Origin: Rhodospirillales bacterium
Lineage (GTDB): Bacteria; Pseudomonadota; Alphaproteobacteria; Rhodospirillales; UBA2165
Length of the DNA: 16,541 bases
Direction of reading: 5' to 3'
Assembly: GCA_046582475.1 (NCBI GenBank)
Contig: JAYGEH010000280.1
Span: forward strand, 1-16,541
Within the stretch, counting starts at the first letter, position 1. The number at the start of each line of letters is the position of its first letter. The notes under the pieces were generated by a model. The model worked only from the letters and a program-made list of their open reading frames with translations, made no database searches and had not been told where the DNA came from. Below, piece by piece: positions 1 through 7,216 of the stretch. The position numbers were made by a program, and so were the translations under genes.

Positions 1-135
1 ACGATCTTGCTTGCGTCGCGTCCACCGACATTCAATGACCGCTTCGGAACCAGGCTGTGCGGAAACGCTTTCCGGCTTATCAGCCTGGCGGTCCTGTGGG
101 TTCATCCGATCTGGCAAGGCGAATTTGTTGGGTTT

Positions 136-300
136 TCAAGATTTAGCCGCCTGCATGGCCTGGATCAATGGCCTGACCCCCATGATGTTGATGACCCGAT
201 TGAGATTATAGGCGAGCACGTGCAGGCTCATCTCGGTGCCGACCCGGCAGGGCAGAGATATTCGCCGGTCTCGGTCAAATAGCGAAAGTCCTGCTTGCCG
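136..300 (-). pseudogene. Remnant of an IS5/IS1182-like DDE transposase. Two adjacent fragments sit in different frames, consistent with an internal deletion. The rest of the element, if any, lies left of the window or is degraded.
   Basis: Minus-strand translation of 300->228 gives '...GKQDFRYLTETGEYLCPAGSAPR*'. This matches the F-x-Y-x(4-5)-Y-x-CPAG mid-protein motif typical of IS1182/IS5-type transposases. One frame over, 300->136 gives '...EMSLHVLAYNLNRVINIMGVRPLIQAMQAAKS*'. This matches the L-x-LAYNL-x-R C-terminal helix found in IS4/IS5/IS1182/IS1380 DDE transposases, about 19 residues before the stop. The two motifs are normally ~200 codons apart. Here they are ~25 codons apart and out of frame with each other. 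Motif recall is from memory; no HMM search was run. Confidence 0.35.
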
Positions 301-470
301 TGGCGGCCTCTCGCCTTGCTCCCCGACGTCAGGGGTTTGGGAATATAAACGATAGGGTCGGTGCCGTCACAGGCCAGTATCTCCTCGCCTTTGTAGTAGC
401 CACGATTCAGCGTCCAATAGACCGGTCCTTGGGCAGAGGGACGGATTTGACGGGCCGCGGGCTGAATACC

Positions 471-500
471 TTGTCTAGCAGCGTGCACTATCTGTATCTT
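471..500 (+). promoter_or_regulatory. Candidate sigma70-type promoter for the amidohydrolase gene. The -35 would be TTGTCT at 471-476, the spacer 18 nt, and the -10 TATCTT at 495-500.
   Basis: This is the only reasonable -35/-10 pair with 17-18 nt spacing in the 100 nt upstream of the GGGAGG RBS at 544-549. The hexamers are weak, at 4/6 each. Confidence 0.2.
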
Positions 501-554
501 GGGCGTTCAGCTCAATGGTCAGGCGCATCGAAAAACATCATCAGGGAGGTTGGC

Positions 555-1427
555 TTGGGCACATTGATCGGTGGACTCATTCAAATGTCCCTCAAGGGAG
601 ATACCGGCCAGGAACCGGCGGCGATAAGGGATGTAATGTTGGAAGCCCATCTGCCGCTGATCGAACAGTCGGGCAAGGCTGGCGTTCAAGTTCTTTGCCT
701 GCAGGAAGTGTTCACCCAACCCTATTTTTGCCCGAGCCAAGATGCCAAATGGTACGCCGCCGCCGAAACTATCCCGGAAGGCCCGACGGTTTCGTTGATG
801 CAGGAATTGGCGAAAAAACATACCATGGTCATCGTCGTTCCCATCTATGAGGAACACATCACCGGCGTTTATTACAATACCGCCGCGGTGATCGATGCGG
901 ATGGCTCCTACCTCGGAAAATATCGAAAGACCCACATTCCGCAGGTTGCCGGATTCTACGAAAAGTTTTTCATCAAGCCGGGGAATTCCGGCTGGCCCGT
1001 ATTCGATACGGCCTACTGCAAATTGGGCGTTTACATATGTTACGACCGCCATTTTCCGGAAGGCTGGCGGGCCTTGGCCATGAACGGCGCCGAATATATC
1101 GTCAACCCGTCGGCGACGGTCGCGGGCCTCAGTCAATATTTATGGGAACTGGAGCAACCAGCCGCCGCCGTCGCCAACGGCTGTTACATCGGCGCCGTGA
1201 ACCGAGTTGGGACCGAGGCGCCCTGGGATATCGGTCAATTTTATGGCTCCAGTTATTTCGTAAATCCGCGCGGCCAAATCATTGCTCAGGCTTCCGCCAC
1301 CGAGGACGAATTGCTGGTCGCCGAAATGGACTTGGATTTGATCCGCGAAGTGCGCGATTTGTGGCAATTCTTTCGCGATCGCCGCCCGGAAATGTACGCG
1401 TCTCTATCGGCGGTCGACGGGGTTTAG
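555..1427 (+). CDS. Nitrilase-superfamily (CN-hydrolase) amidohydrolase, closest in character to N-carbamoyl-D-amino-acid amidohydrolase / beta-ureidopropionase (DCase-like). The proposed start is TTG at 555 with a GGGAGG RBS at 544-549. The ORF track extends the frame to 300, but that N-terminal stretch has no homology.
   Basis: The E-K-C catalytic triad is in the expected contexts: 'VLCLQEVF' (Glu), 'GKYRKTHIP' (Lys) and 'GVYICYDRHFPE' (Cys). The C-terminus 'LLVAEMDLDLIREVRDLWQFFRDRRPEMY' matches the DCase C-terminal 'DLDRCRELREHIFNFKQHRQPQHY' pattern. The first beta-strand 'LIGGLIQ' aligns with DCase 'ILAVGQQ', so the ATG at 585 would truncate the fold. TTG-555 sits 5 nt after GGGAGG. The same TCAGGGAGG-N5-TTG context recurs at the hydantoinase gene at 16388-16401. 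Confidence 0.88.
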   Translation: MGTLIGGLIQMSLKGDTGQEPAAIRDVMLEAHLPLIEQSGKAGVQVLCLQEVFTQPYFCPSQDAKWYAAAETIPEGPTVSLMQELAKKHTMVIVVPIYEEHITGVYYNTAAVIDADGSYLGKYRKTHIPQVAGFYEKFFIKPGNSGWPVFDTAYCKLGVYICYDRHFPEGWRALAMNGAEYIVNPSATVAGLSQYLWELEQPAAAVANGCYIGAVNRVGTEAPWDIGQFYGSSYFVNPRGQIIAQASATEDELLVAEMDLDLIREVRDLWQFFRDRRPEMYASLSAVDGV

Positions 1428-1470
1428 CAATCAAAATTAAACGGGAAACCATTTTTAGGGAGATTACGGA

Positions 1471-2502
1471 ATGATCGATGAGCCAAGCCATTCACAACGG
1501 CGGCCTTTGGCGGGGACGCCCTACCGGCCGAGGCCTCTGGTAACCAATTCTCCGATCACCAGCACCGCGCCGGCAAGTTCGCTGGCGCGCGGCGGCGGCA
1601 AAAAGGAAATTCTGTGCGCATTTGGCATCGATGTGGATGCGGTGGCCGGCTGGCTCGGGTCCTACGGCGGTGAAGATTCGCCCTGCGATATATCCCGCGG
1701 CCTTTTCGCCGGCGAAATCGGAGTGCCGCGCCTGGTGCGCCTGTTTGACCGTATGTCCATCCCCACCACGTGGTTCATACCCGGCCATTCCATCGAAACC
1801 TTTCCCGAGCAATGCAAAACCGTCGTCGAAGCCGGCCACGAGATCGGCATGCATGGCTATTCCCACGAAAATCCCATTGCCATGACGCCGGAGCAGGAAG
1901 AGGCGGTCATGGACAAATGCATCGATTTGATCGACCGGCTTGCCGGAAAGCCGCCGTCCGGTTACGTGGCGCCCTGGTGGGAGTTCAGCGGCGTGACCAA
2001 CGAATTGCTGCTGAAAAAGGGATTTAACTACGACCACAGCCTGATGAATGACGACTTTCATCCCTTTTATGTGCGCGTCGGCGACCGATGGACGAAGATC
2101 GACTATTCGAAACACCCGGACGAATGGATGAAACCCCTGGTCAGGGGCGAGGAAACGGATCTGGTCGATATTCCGGGCAATTGGTATTTGGACGATCTGC
2201 CGCCGATGATGTTCATCAAGGCGGCGCCCAACAGCTTCGGCTTCGTCAATCCGCGCGATATCGAGGAGCTGTGGCGCGACCAGTTCGATTGGGTCTACCG
2301 GGAATACGACTATGCCGTCTTTGCCCTGACCATCCATCCCGATGTTTCGGGACGGCCGCAAGTACAGTTGATGCTCGAGCGCATATTCGCACACATCAAT
2401 AGCCACGCCGGTGTGCGCTTTTGCACCTTCGATGAAATCGCCAACGATTTCCGCAATCGGTATCCGCGCGGCGGAGAGGCCGCGCAAACGGCCGCCGAAT
2501 AG
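1471..2502 (+). CDS. Polysaccharide-deacetylase (NodB-homology) family hydrolase, similar to PuuE-type allantoinase and other cyclic-amide hydrolases.
   Basis: A '[10 protein letters not shown]' D-x-D motif and a '[12 protein letters not shown]' H-x3-H motif are present. The overall length and the C-terminal '[25 protein letters not shown]' segment resemble PuuE 'SIGLHCRLIGRPARMAALERFIQYA'. There is a GGGAGA RBS 8 nt before the ATG at 1471. The gene lies 43 nt downstream of the previous gene. Confidence 0.85.
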   Translation: MIDEPSHSQRRPLAGTPYRPRPLVTNSPITSTAPASSLARGGGKKEILCAFGIDVDAVAGWLGSYGGEDSPCDISRGLFAGEIGVPRLVRLFDRMSIPTTWFIPGHSIETFPEQCKTVVEAGHEIGMHGYSHENPIAMTPEQEEAVMDKCIDLIDRLAGKPPSGYVAPWWEFSGVTNELLLKKGFNYDHSLMNDDFHPFYVRVGDRWTKIDYSKHPDEWMKPLVRGEETDLVDIPGNWYLDDLPPMMFIKAAPNSFGFVNPRDIEELWRDQFDWVYREYDYAVFALTIHPDVSGRPQVQLMLERIFAHINSHAGVRFCTFDEIANDFRNRYPRGGEAAQTAAE

Positions 2503-2516
2503 GCGCGCCCGAGCCC

Positions 2517-2855
2517 ATGTGCAGCCTTTGCGGCATGCTCGGCGGGCGCCGGCACTGGACCGAAAGCGCCAGCAATCCCAGCGCCTTTGCGCACCAGTCC
2601 GATCGCCCGACAATCCGGCGCGAGCGTCAGCAGCGGACGCGTCTGGTCAATCTCGTGCTCGCCCATTACGGCTTGACCCTGGCCGACTGGCCGCCGGCAA
2701 AATACATCCTCGGCAACGCCAAGGGCGGAACGCACTTGGTCGATAACCTCGGCGAATTGTGGCCGGCGGCTGATAGGCTTCTGAACGAAGCCTGTGATCC
2801 GCTCGATCGATCGCTGCTGCGCGCATTGTCGGCATCCCAGGGGGATGGAAATTGA
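2517..2855 (+). CDS. Small hypothetical protein (112 aa) with an N-terminal CxxC ('MCSLCGMLGGRRHW'). It is translationally coupled to the downstream COG0523 GTPase.
   Basis: The ORF has GC-rich third codon positions like neighbouring genes. It begins 14 nt after the deacetylase stop. Its TGA stop at 2853-2855 overlaps the TTG start of the next gene at 2852-2854 in a TTGA overlap. No family was recognised. No obvious SD is present. Confidence 0.5.
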   Translation: MCSLCGMLGGRRHWTESASNPSAFAHQSDRPTIRRERQQRTRLVNLVLAHYGLTLADWPPAKYILGNAKGGTHLVDNLGELWPAADRLLNEACDPLDRSLLRALSASQGDGN

Positions 2856-3922
2856 CCGACTACGCAACCCTGATACCGGTCTCGGTTGTTACCGGTTTTC
2901 TAGGCAGCGGCAAGACGACGCTGCTGAAAGACTTGTTGGCATCGCCTAGACTCCGTGAAACCGCTGTCCTGATCAACGAGTTCGGCGAAATCGGTCTCGA
3001 TCATCACTTGCTGCAACATGTCGCCGAAAGCACGTTATTGTTAAACAATGGCTGCCTCTGTTGCGCCGTCCGGAGCGATTTGACGCAAGCCTTGCGTGAC
3101 CTATTGTCACGCCGGGAACGAGGGGAAATTCCATATTTCCGGAGGGTGGTCGTCGAGACTTCGGGACTGGCCGATCCGGTGCCGATCGCCTACACGATAC
3201 TCGCCGATCCCATACTGCAAAATCATTTCCGGCTGGGAAGGATCGTCACCACGGTGGATGCGGTCAATGGCATGGCCACGTTGGCGGGCCACCCGGAATC
3301 GATCAAACAGGTGGCAGTTGCCGACCGGCTGATCCTGACCAAGACCGAGCTTTGCGAGAGCGCAACTGTCGAGGCGCTGATCGCCAAATTGCGGCGCCTC
3401 AACGGCTCGGCGCCGATCGTAAGAGCGGAAGCGGGCGGGCTCGATCCCGAGATGTTGGTCGGCGAAGATATGTTGGGCGCCAAAACAGGGTCCGGCGAGG
3501 CCGCCAAATGGCTGGCGGCGGACGACGCCAACATTTTGGATTTGGACACCCACGACCACCGCCACGCCGAAGGCGGCATTTATTCCTTTTGCCTGACCTT
3601 CGACGGTCCTCTGGATTGGGCCGCGTTCGGCATATGGATGAGCATGCTGCTTCATCGTCATGGTGAAAATGTGTTGCGGCTCAAGGGTTTGCTCAATGTC
3701 GCCGGCGCGGCGGCACCGGTACTGATCAACGGCGTCCAGCACATCGTCCATCCGCCGGCCCATCTGGACGCCTGGCCCGACGGCGACCGCCGCTCGCGCA
3801 TAATATTCATCCTGCGCGATCTTAAACGCGAGGAGATCGAAGCATCACTCGCCATATTCAATCGGCTCGCCCATGCGCCGCCGGCAGCGAGCCATCGCGA
3901 CCGGGCTCTGGGCATGGTGTGA
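2852..3922 (+). CDS. COG0523 / CobW-family G3E GTPase, a putative zinc/metal chaperone of the ZigA/YeiR/YciC type.
   Basis: Walker A 'GFLGSGKTT' is present. The hallmark COG0523 'GCLCC' motif appears as 'NNGCLCCAV'. 'VVETSGLADP' acts as the switch/Walker B region. The CobW_C-like C-terminal domain has a His-rich stretch 'LDLDTHDHRHAEGG'. The start codon is TTG. Confidence 0.9.
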   Translation: MTDYATLIPVSVVTGFLGSGKTTLLKDLLASPRLRETAVLINEFGEIGLDHHLLQHVAESTLLLNNGCLCCAVRSDLTQALRDLLSRRERGEIPYFRRVVVETSGLADPVPIAYTILADPILQNHFRLGRIVTTVDAVNGMATLAGHPESIKQVAVADRLILTKTELCESATVEALIAKLRRLNGSAPIVRAEAGGLDPEMLVGEDMLGAKTGSGEAAKWLAADDANILDLDTHDHRHAEGGIYSFCLTFDGPLDWAAFGIWMSMLLHRHGENVLRLKGLLNVAGAAAPVLINGVQHIVHPPAHLDAWPDGDRRSRIIFILRDLKREEIEASLAIFNRLAHAPPAASHRDRALGMV

Positions 3923-3929
3923 GGATCGC

Positions 3930-4472
3930 TTAGCCCGATTCGCCGGAATTTCTCAAATGCGGTGGGCGCTGGGGATGCCAGCCGAGACGAAACGCCCTGA
4001 CAACAAAGTGCAGCAAATAGATCAATATTGACAGGATGACCAAGGTCAGTATGCCGAGCAAATTGGAGCCGAACGCCGCGTCGATGATGGGTCCGCTGTT
4101 CATAAGGTGTTCGGCCAGCATCTCAATGGCTTGCAGGATCGCGCCGGCGCATAAAATCAGGGAAATCAGGATCGTCGTTTGCAAGGTGTCAAACACCAAC
4201 GTCTCGGCATCCAAATCACCGACGTTGCGGATAATGTTTTTGCGGAAGGATTGCCAGTGGGCAATGGCGTAACCGACGACACCGATCAAGGAGGCAAACC
4301 AAAACACCACATTGTTGAAATGGACATTGGGGATATGTTTAACCAGATAGGCTTCGAACGGCGGATAAAACAGCAGGAATATCAGCAGTATTACGATAAC
4401 GATCAGGCGGATCCAAAATTTCGGACGACCCACGAAAATGCCACCATTTTCGGACGCGGAAATTGCCATCAA
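3930..4472 (-). CDS. Hypothetical integral membrane protein (~180 aa, 4 predicted TM helices). It is convergent with the GTPase gene, with a 7 nt gap between stops.
   Basis: Four hydrophobic segments are present: 'IRLIVIVILLIFLLFYPPF', 'VVFWFASLIGVVGYAIAHW', 'TTILISLILCAGAILQAIEML' and 'LLGILTLVILSILIYLLHFVV'. The region is visibly AT-richer than its flanks. No family was recognised and the start codon is uncertain. Confidence 0.5.
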   Translation of the reverse strand: MMAISASENGGIFVGRPKFWIRLIVIVILLIFLLFYPPFEAYLVKHIPNVHFNNVVFWFASLIGVVGYAIAHWQSFRKNIIRNVGDLDAETLVFDTLQTTILISLILCAGAILQAIEMLAEHLMNSGPIIDAAFGSNLLGILTLVILSILIYLLHFVVRAFRLGWHPQRPPHLRNSGESG

Positions 4473-4621
4473 ACCAGCTAATATTCTAACATTGCGAATT
4501 ATCAGCCCGCATCGTATATCAAACTGCGTTCAAGTCAACGCGCCCGATTTTGGCAAAAATGTCGGTCCGAGCCGTTCATTTTCGATCAAATGAGAGTGCA
4601 ATTCGGATTCAAATGGATTGG

Positions 4622-4682
4622 GCCGGAGTCTATTTTAATCTATGATCCAATTGATCGATATCGGCTCCGGAAGAAAATCCGG
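4622..4682. promoter_or_regulatory. Operator-like palindromes in the divergent intergenic region between the membrane-protein gene and hyuA. An inverted repeat CCGGAG(4623-4628)...CTCCGG(4665-4670) flanks an AT-rich core. The core contains the palindromes ATCGAT and CGATATCG (4654-4663). Immediately after comes the hairpin CCGGA-agaaaa-TCCGG (4667-4682).
   Basis: Read directly from the sequence. Three TCCGG/CCGGA half-sites lie within 60 nt, upstream of the hyuA start at 4727. The promoter hexamers themselves could not be assigned confidently. Confidence 0.3.
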
Positions 4683-4726
4683 CTATTGTTGCGGGTATTT
4701 ATTTTAACAGGGATAGCGCGAATATC

Positions 4727-6793
4727 ATGGGCTGCCGTCTGGGCATCGATGTGGGAGGAACCTTCACCGACTTGTTGTTGTTTAACGACACAACGGGCGC
4801 CATCAATATTTATAAAACACCGTCCACACCCGAAGACCAATCGGTCGGAATTCTGATCGGAATTCAGAACCTGATTGCGGAAAACGCATTGAATATCGGT
4901 GATATCGATTCCCTTTTGCATGGAACCACCATTTCGACAAATATCGTTTTGGAAGAAAAAGGGGCGCGGGTCGGATTGCTTGTTACCGAAAATTTCGAAC
5001 AAGTTTTGCACCTTGCCCGCTCGCAAACTCCAGGGCCGCTGGCCGGTTGGATGATCATGATGAAACCGGATCCGCTGGCCGATCTCGAACACACCATTGG
5101 CATCAAGGAACGGATCGATGCCCATGGCGAGGTGGTTCAGAGCATGGATGAGGATCATGCCCGCGAATCGATCATGGCGCTTCTCGACGCGGATGTTGAA
5201 TCGCTCACCGTTTCGCTACTCCATTCCTATGCAAATCCGGTTCACGAAAAACGCCTAAAGGCGCTCATTGGTGAATTGGATGCCGATATTCCGATTTCAT
5301 TGTCTTCCGAAATTCTTCCGGAATTCCGGGAATACGAGCGCACGCTCGTTACCGTCATGAATGCCTATGTGGGTCCATCCATGCGGCGGTACTTGAGTAA
5401 TTTCGAGGAAAAGCTGAGCGCCATCAACTTTGCACCGCATGTCAATATCGTCCGTTCGGACGGCGGCCTGATGAGTGTCCAGCGGGCATCGGAATCACCG
5501 GTCCACACCATGTTGTCGGGACCGGCCGGCGGCGTATCGGGCGCCGCCCTTTTTTCATCCTTGGCCGGCCATCCCGATGCCTTGGGCTTCGACATGGGCG
5601 GCACATCGACCGACGTATCGTTGATCCAGAACGGCACCCCCAATATTTCCCGGCAAACCACCTTGGGATACTATCCCATCAAAGTGCCGTCGGTGGATGT
5701 GCATAGCGTCGGTGCCGGCGGCGGTTCGATCGCCCATGTGCCGATGACCGGCGCCCTGCGTGTCGGCCCGGAAAGCGCCGGCGCGGTGCCTGGTCCCGCG
5801 GCTTACGGCAAGGGCGGCGATCAGCCCACGGTGACCGACGCCAATATCGTACTGGGGCGGTTGCCGCACAGTCTGCTCGGCGGCGAAATGTCGCTCGATA
5901 TCAAGGCGTCAGAAGAGGTTGTATCCGAGATCGCCCGCTCCTTGGGTCTGGACATGTATCAGGCCGCCGCCGGCATTTTAGATATCGTCAACGAAAATAT
6001 GTTCGGTGCACTGCGCTTGGTGACCGTGCAAAAAGGGCTGGATCCGAGAGATTTTGCGATGGTCGCCTTCGGCGGCGCCGGTCCCTTGCATGGCAACGCG
6101 ATGGCAATACTGGCGGGCTGCTTTCCGGTCATCGTGCCGCCAACGCCTGGCGTGCTGTCCGCGCTCGGTTTTCTGCATTCCGATGTCAAAAATGAATTTG
6201 CCCAGACCTATGTGCGCAATATCGACGAAACCGACGGCGCCCAGATTGTTGAAAAATTTGCGAAATTGGGGCGCGAAGCCAGAACCTGGCTCCAGGAGGA
6301 AGGCATATCCGATACCGCCCAGAACCTGCGTTACGAAGCCGATGTCCGCTATTTTCGCCAGGGCTACGAATTTGCAATGGATGTCAATCCCGAGACGCTG
6401 ACCAATGGCGGTCTCGAAGGATTAGCGTCTCGATTTGGCGCATCGCACGAACAATTGTACGGCTTCAAGCTGGAACAGCCGGTCGAACTGGTCAATTTGC
6501 GCGCCATCGGCACCGGCGAAGTGGGAAAAATCGAATTCCCAAAGTTCGACAAGGGTCCCCAGGACCCGTCGGCGGCGGTGGTCGACCAGCACCAAGTCTA
6601 TTTCGATGGTAATTTTGCGATGACCAATATTTACGGCCGTGACAAATTGACCGCCGGCAACCGTCTCGCCGGCCCTGCCGTGATCACGCAAAAGGATTCC
6701 ACGACAATCATCCATCCCGGCCACGCCGGGGTGGTTGACGAATATTTGAGTATCCTGATTTATCCCGATGCACTTGTTCCCGGAGACATGTAG
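4727..6793 (+). CDS. hyuA: ATP-dependent hydantoinase/oxoprolinase family, A subunit. The family includes N-methylhydantoinase A, HyuA, the acetone carboxylase beta subunit and the 5-oxoprolinase A subunit.
   Basis: The N-terminus 'MGCRLGIDVGGTFTDLLLF' is the classic Hydantoinase_A ASKHA-fold start. A second glycine-rich nucleotide loop appears as 'ALGFDMGGTSTD'. The length of 688 aa is typical. The TAG stop at 6791-6793 lies 3 nt before the next ATG. Confidence 0.92.
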   Translation: MGCRLGIDVGGTFTDLLLFNDTTGAINIYKTPSTPEDQSVGILIGIQNLIAENALNIGDIDSLLHGTTISTNIVLEEKGARVGLLVTENFEQVLHLARSQTPGPLAGWMIMMKPDPLADLEHTIGIKERIDAHGEVVQSMDEDHARESIMALLDADVESLTVSLLHSYANPVHEKRLKALIGELDADIPISLSSEILPEFREYERTLVTVMNAYVGPSMRRYLSNFEEKLSAINFAPHVNIVRSDGGLMSVQRASESPVHTMLSGPAGGVSGAALFSSLAGHPDALGFDMGGTSTDVSLIQNGTPNISRQTTLGYYPIKVPSVDVHSVGAGGGSIAHVPMTGALRVGPESAGAVPGPAAYGKGGDQPTVTDANIVLGRLPHSLLGGEMSLDIKASEEVVSEIARSLGLDMYQAAAGILDIVNENMFGALRLVTVQKGLDPRDFAMVAFGGAGPLHGNAMAILAGCFPVIVPPTPGVLSALGFLHSDVKNEFAQTYVRNIDETDGAQIVEKFAKLGREARTWLQEEGISDTAQNLRYEADVRYFRQGYEFAMDVNPETLTNGGLEGLASRFGASHEQLYGFKLEQPVELVNLRAIGTGEVGKIEFPKFDKGPQDPSAAVVDQHQVYFDGNFAMTNIYGRDKLTAGNRLAGPAVITQKDSTTIIHPGHAGVVDEYLSILIYPDALVPGDM

Positions 6794-6796
6794 GTC

Positions 6797-7216
6797 ATGG
6801 CCGATTTCAATCCGCTCAGTCAATCGATCTCGTTCAAGGATATTCTGAAATCGAACAAGAAACAGTTCGACAAGATGTTCGAAGATCAAATGAACGCCGC
6901 CGGGCTTCGGCGGGTTTCGCACCGGCCCGCGACCCTTGAGGATCTGGAATCCGATGGCGCCGGCAACGGCAACGAAGGATTGGATGCGACCAATGTCACC
7001 CAATTCCTGAACGAGAAATTCGGCGCCAACTGGTCGTCCGAGGTGGTCGAGCATAATAACGAACGCGGTATGGTCACCGTGCTTTGCAAACTATCGGTCA
7101 ACGGCTCGTCGAAAATGCAGTTTGGCTCGGCGCGCGCCAACGGCGATCTGGGCGGCGCGCTGCAAAAGGCGACCAACGAAGCCTTGCTGCAATGCGCACA
7201 GAACTTCGGTTTCGAA
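6797..7216 (+). other. Rad52/Rad22/Sak-family single-strand-annealing-protein-like domain, forming the N-terminal ~140 aa of the HyuB ORF. It is followed by a disordered P/A/E-rich linker at 7217-7375.
   Basis: 'GLDATNVTQFLNEKFGANWSSEVVEH' aligns with Rad52/Sak 'YIDARAVQDRLDEVFGPENWS.E...EH'. 'GMVTVLCKLSVNGSSKMQFGSARANGDLGGALQKATNEALLQCAQNFGF' aligns with Rad52 '[53 protein letters not shown]' and with Sak 'YLCTLSIFIDGV..SKSDG..GGLSGAFKRAAVMWGVG'. This corresponds to the beta-hairpin, the G..G loop and the K/R-x-A-x3-A-x-KR-A-x3-FG helix. The linker reads 'PGPAAAPAAEPVPARSKEPAAGQEAG'. The alignment is from memory, not an HMM search. Confidence 0.5.

Noticed and set aside
7-282. Plus-strand ORFs 7-282 and 11-211 at the left edge.
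   Set aside because: They have no RBS and no recognisable product. The opposite strand carries transposase-like motifs, which better explain the conservation-like pattern.
300-554. The ORF-track 5' extension of the amidohydrolase gene (MAASRLAPRRQGFG...) back to 300.
   Set aside because: The extension has no homology to the N-termini of nitrilase-superfamily enzymes. The conserved first strand begins near codon 88. A GGGAGG-N5-TTG start at 555 fits. Part of the extension overlaps the transposase-like remnant on the other strand.
1492-2613. A 373-aa minus-strand ORF overlapping the deacetylase gene.
   Set aside because: It is an Arg/Gly/Ala-rich shadow ORF typical of GC-rich DNA. It has no start context and no recognisable domains. 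The plus-strand gene has NodB-type motifs.
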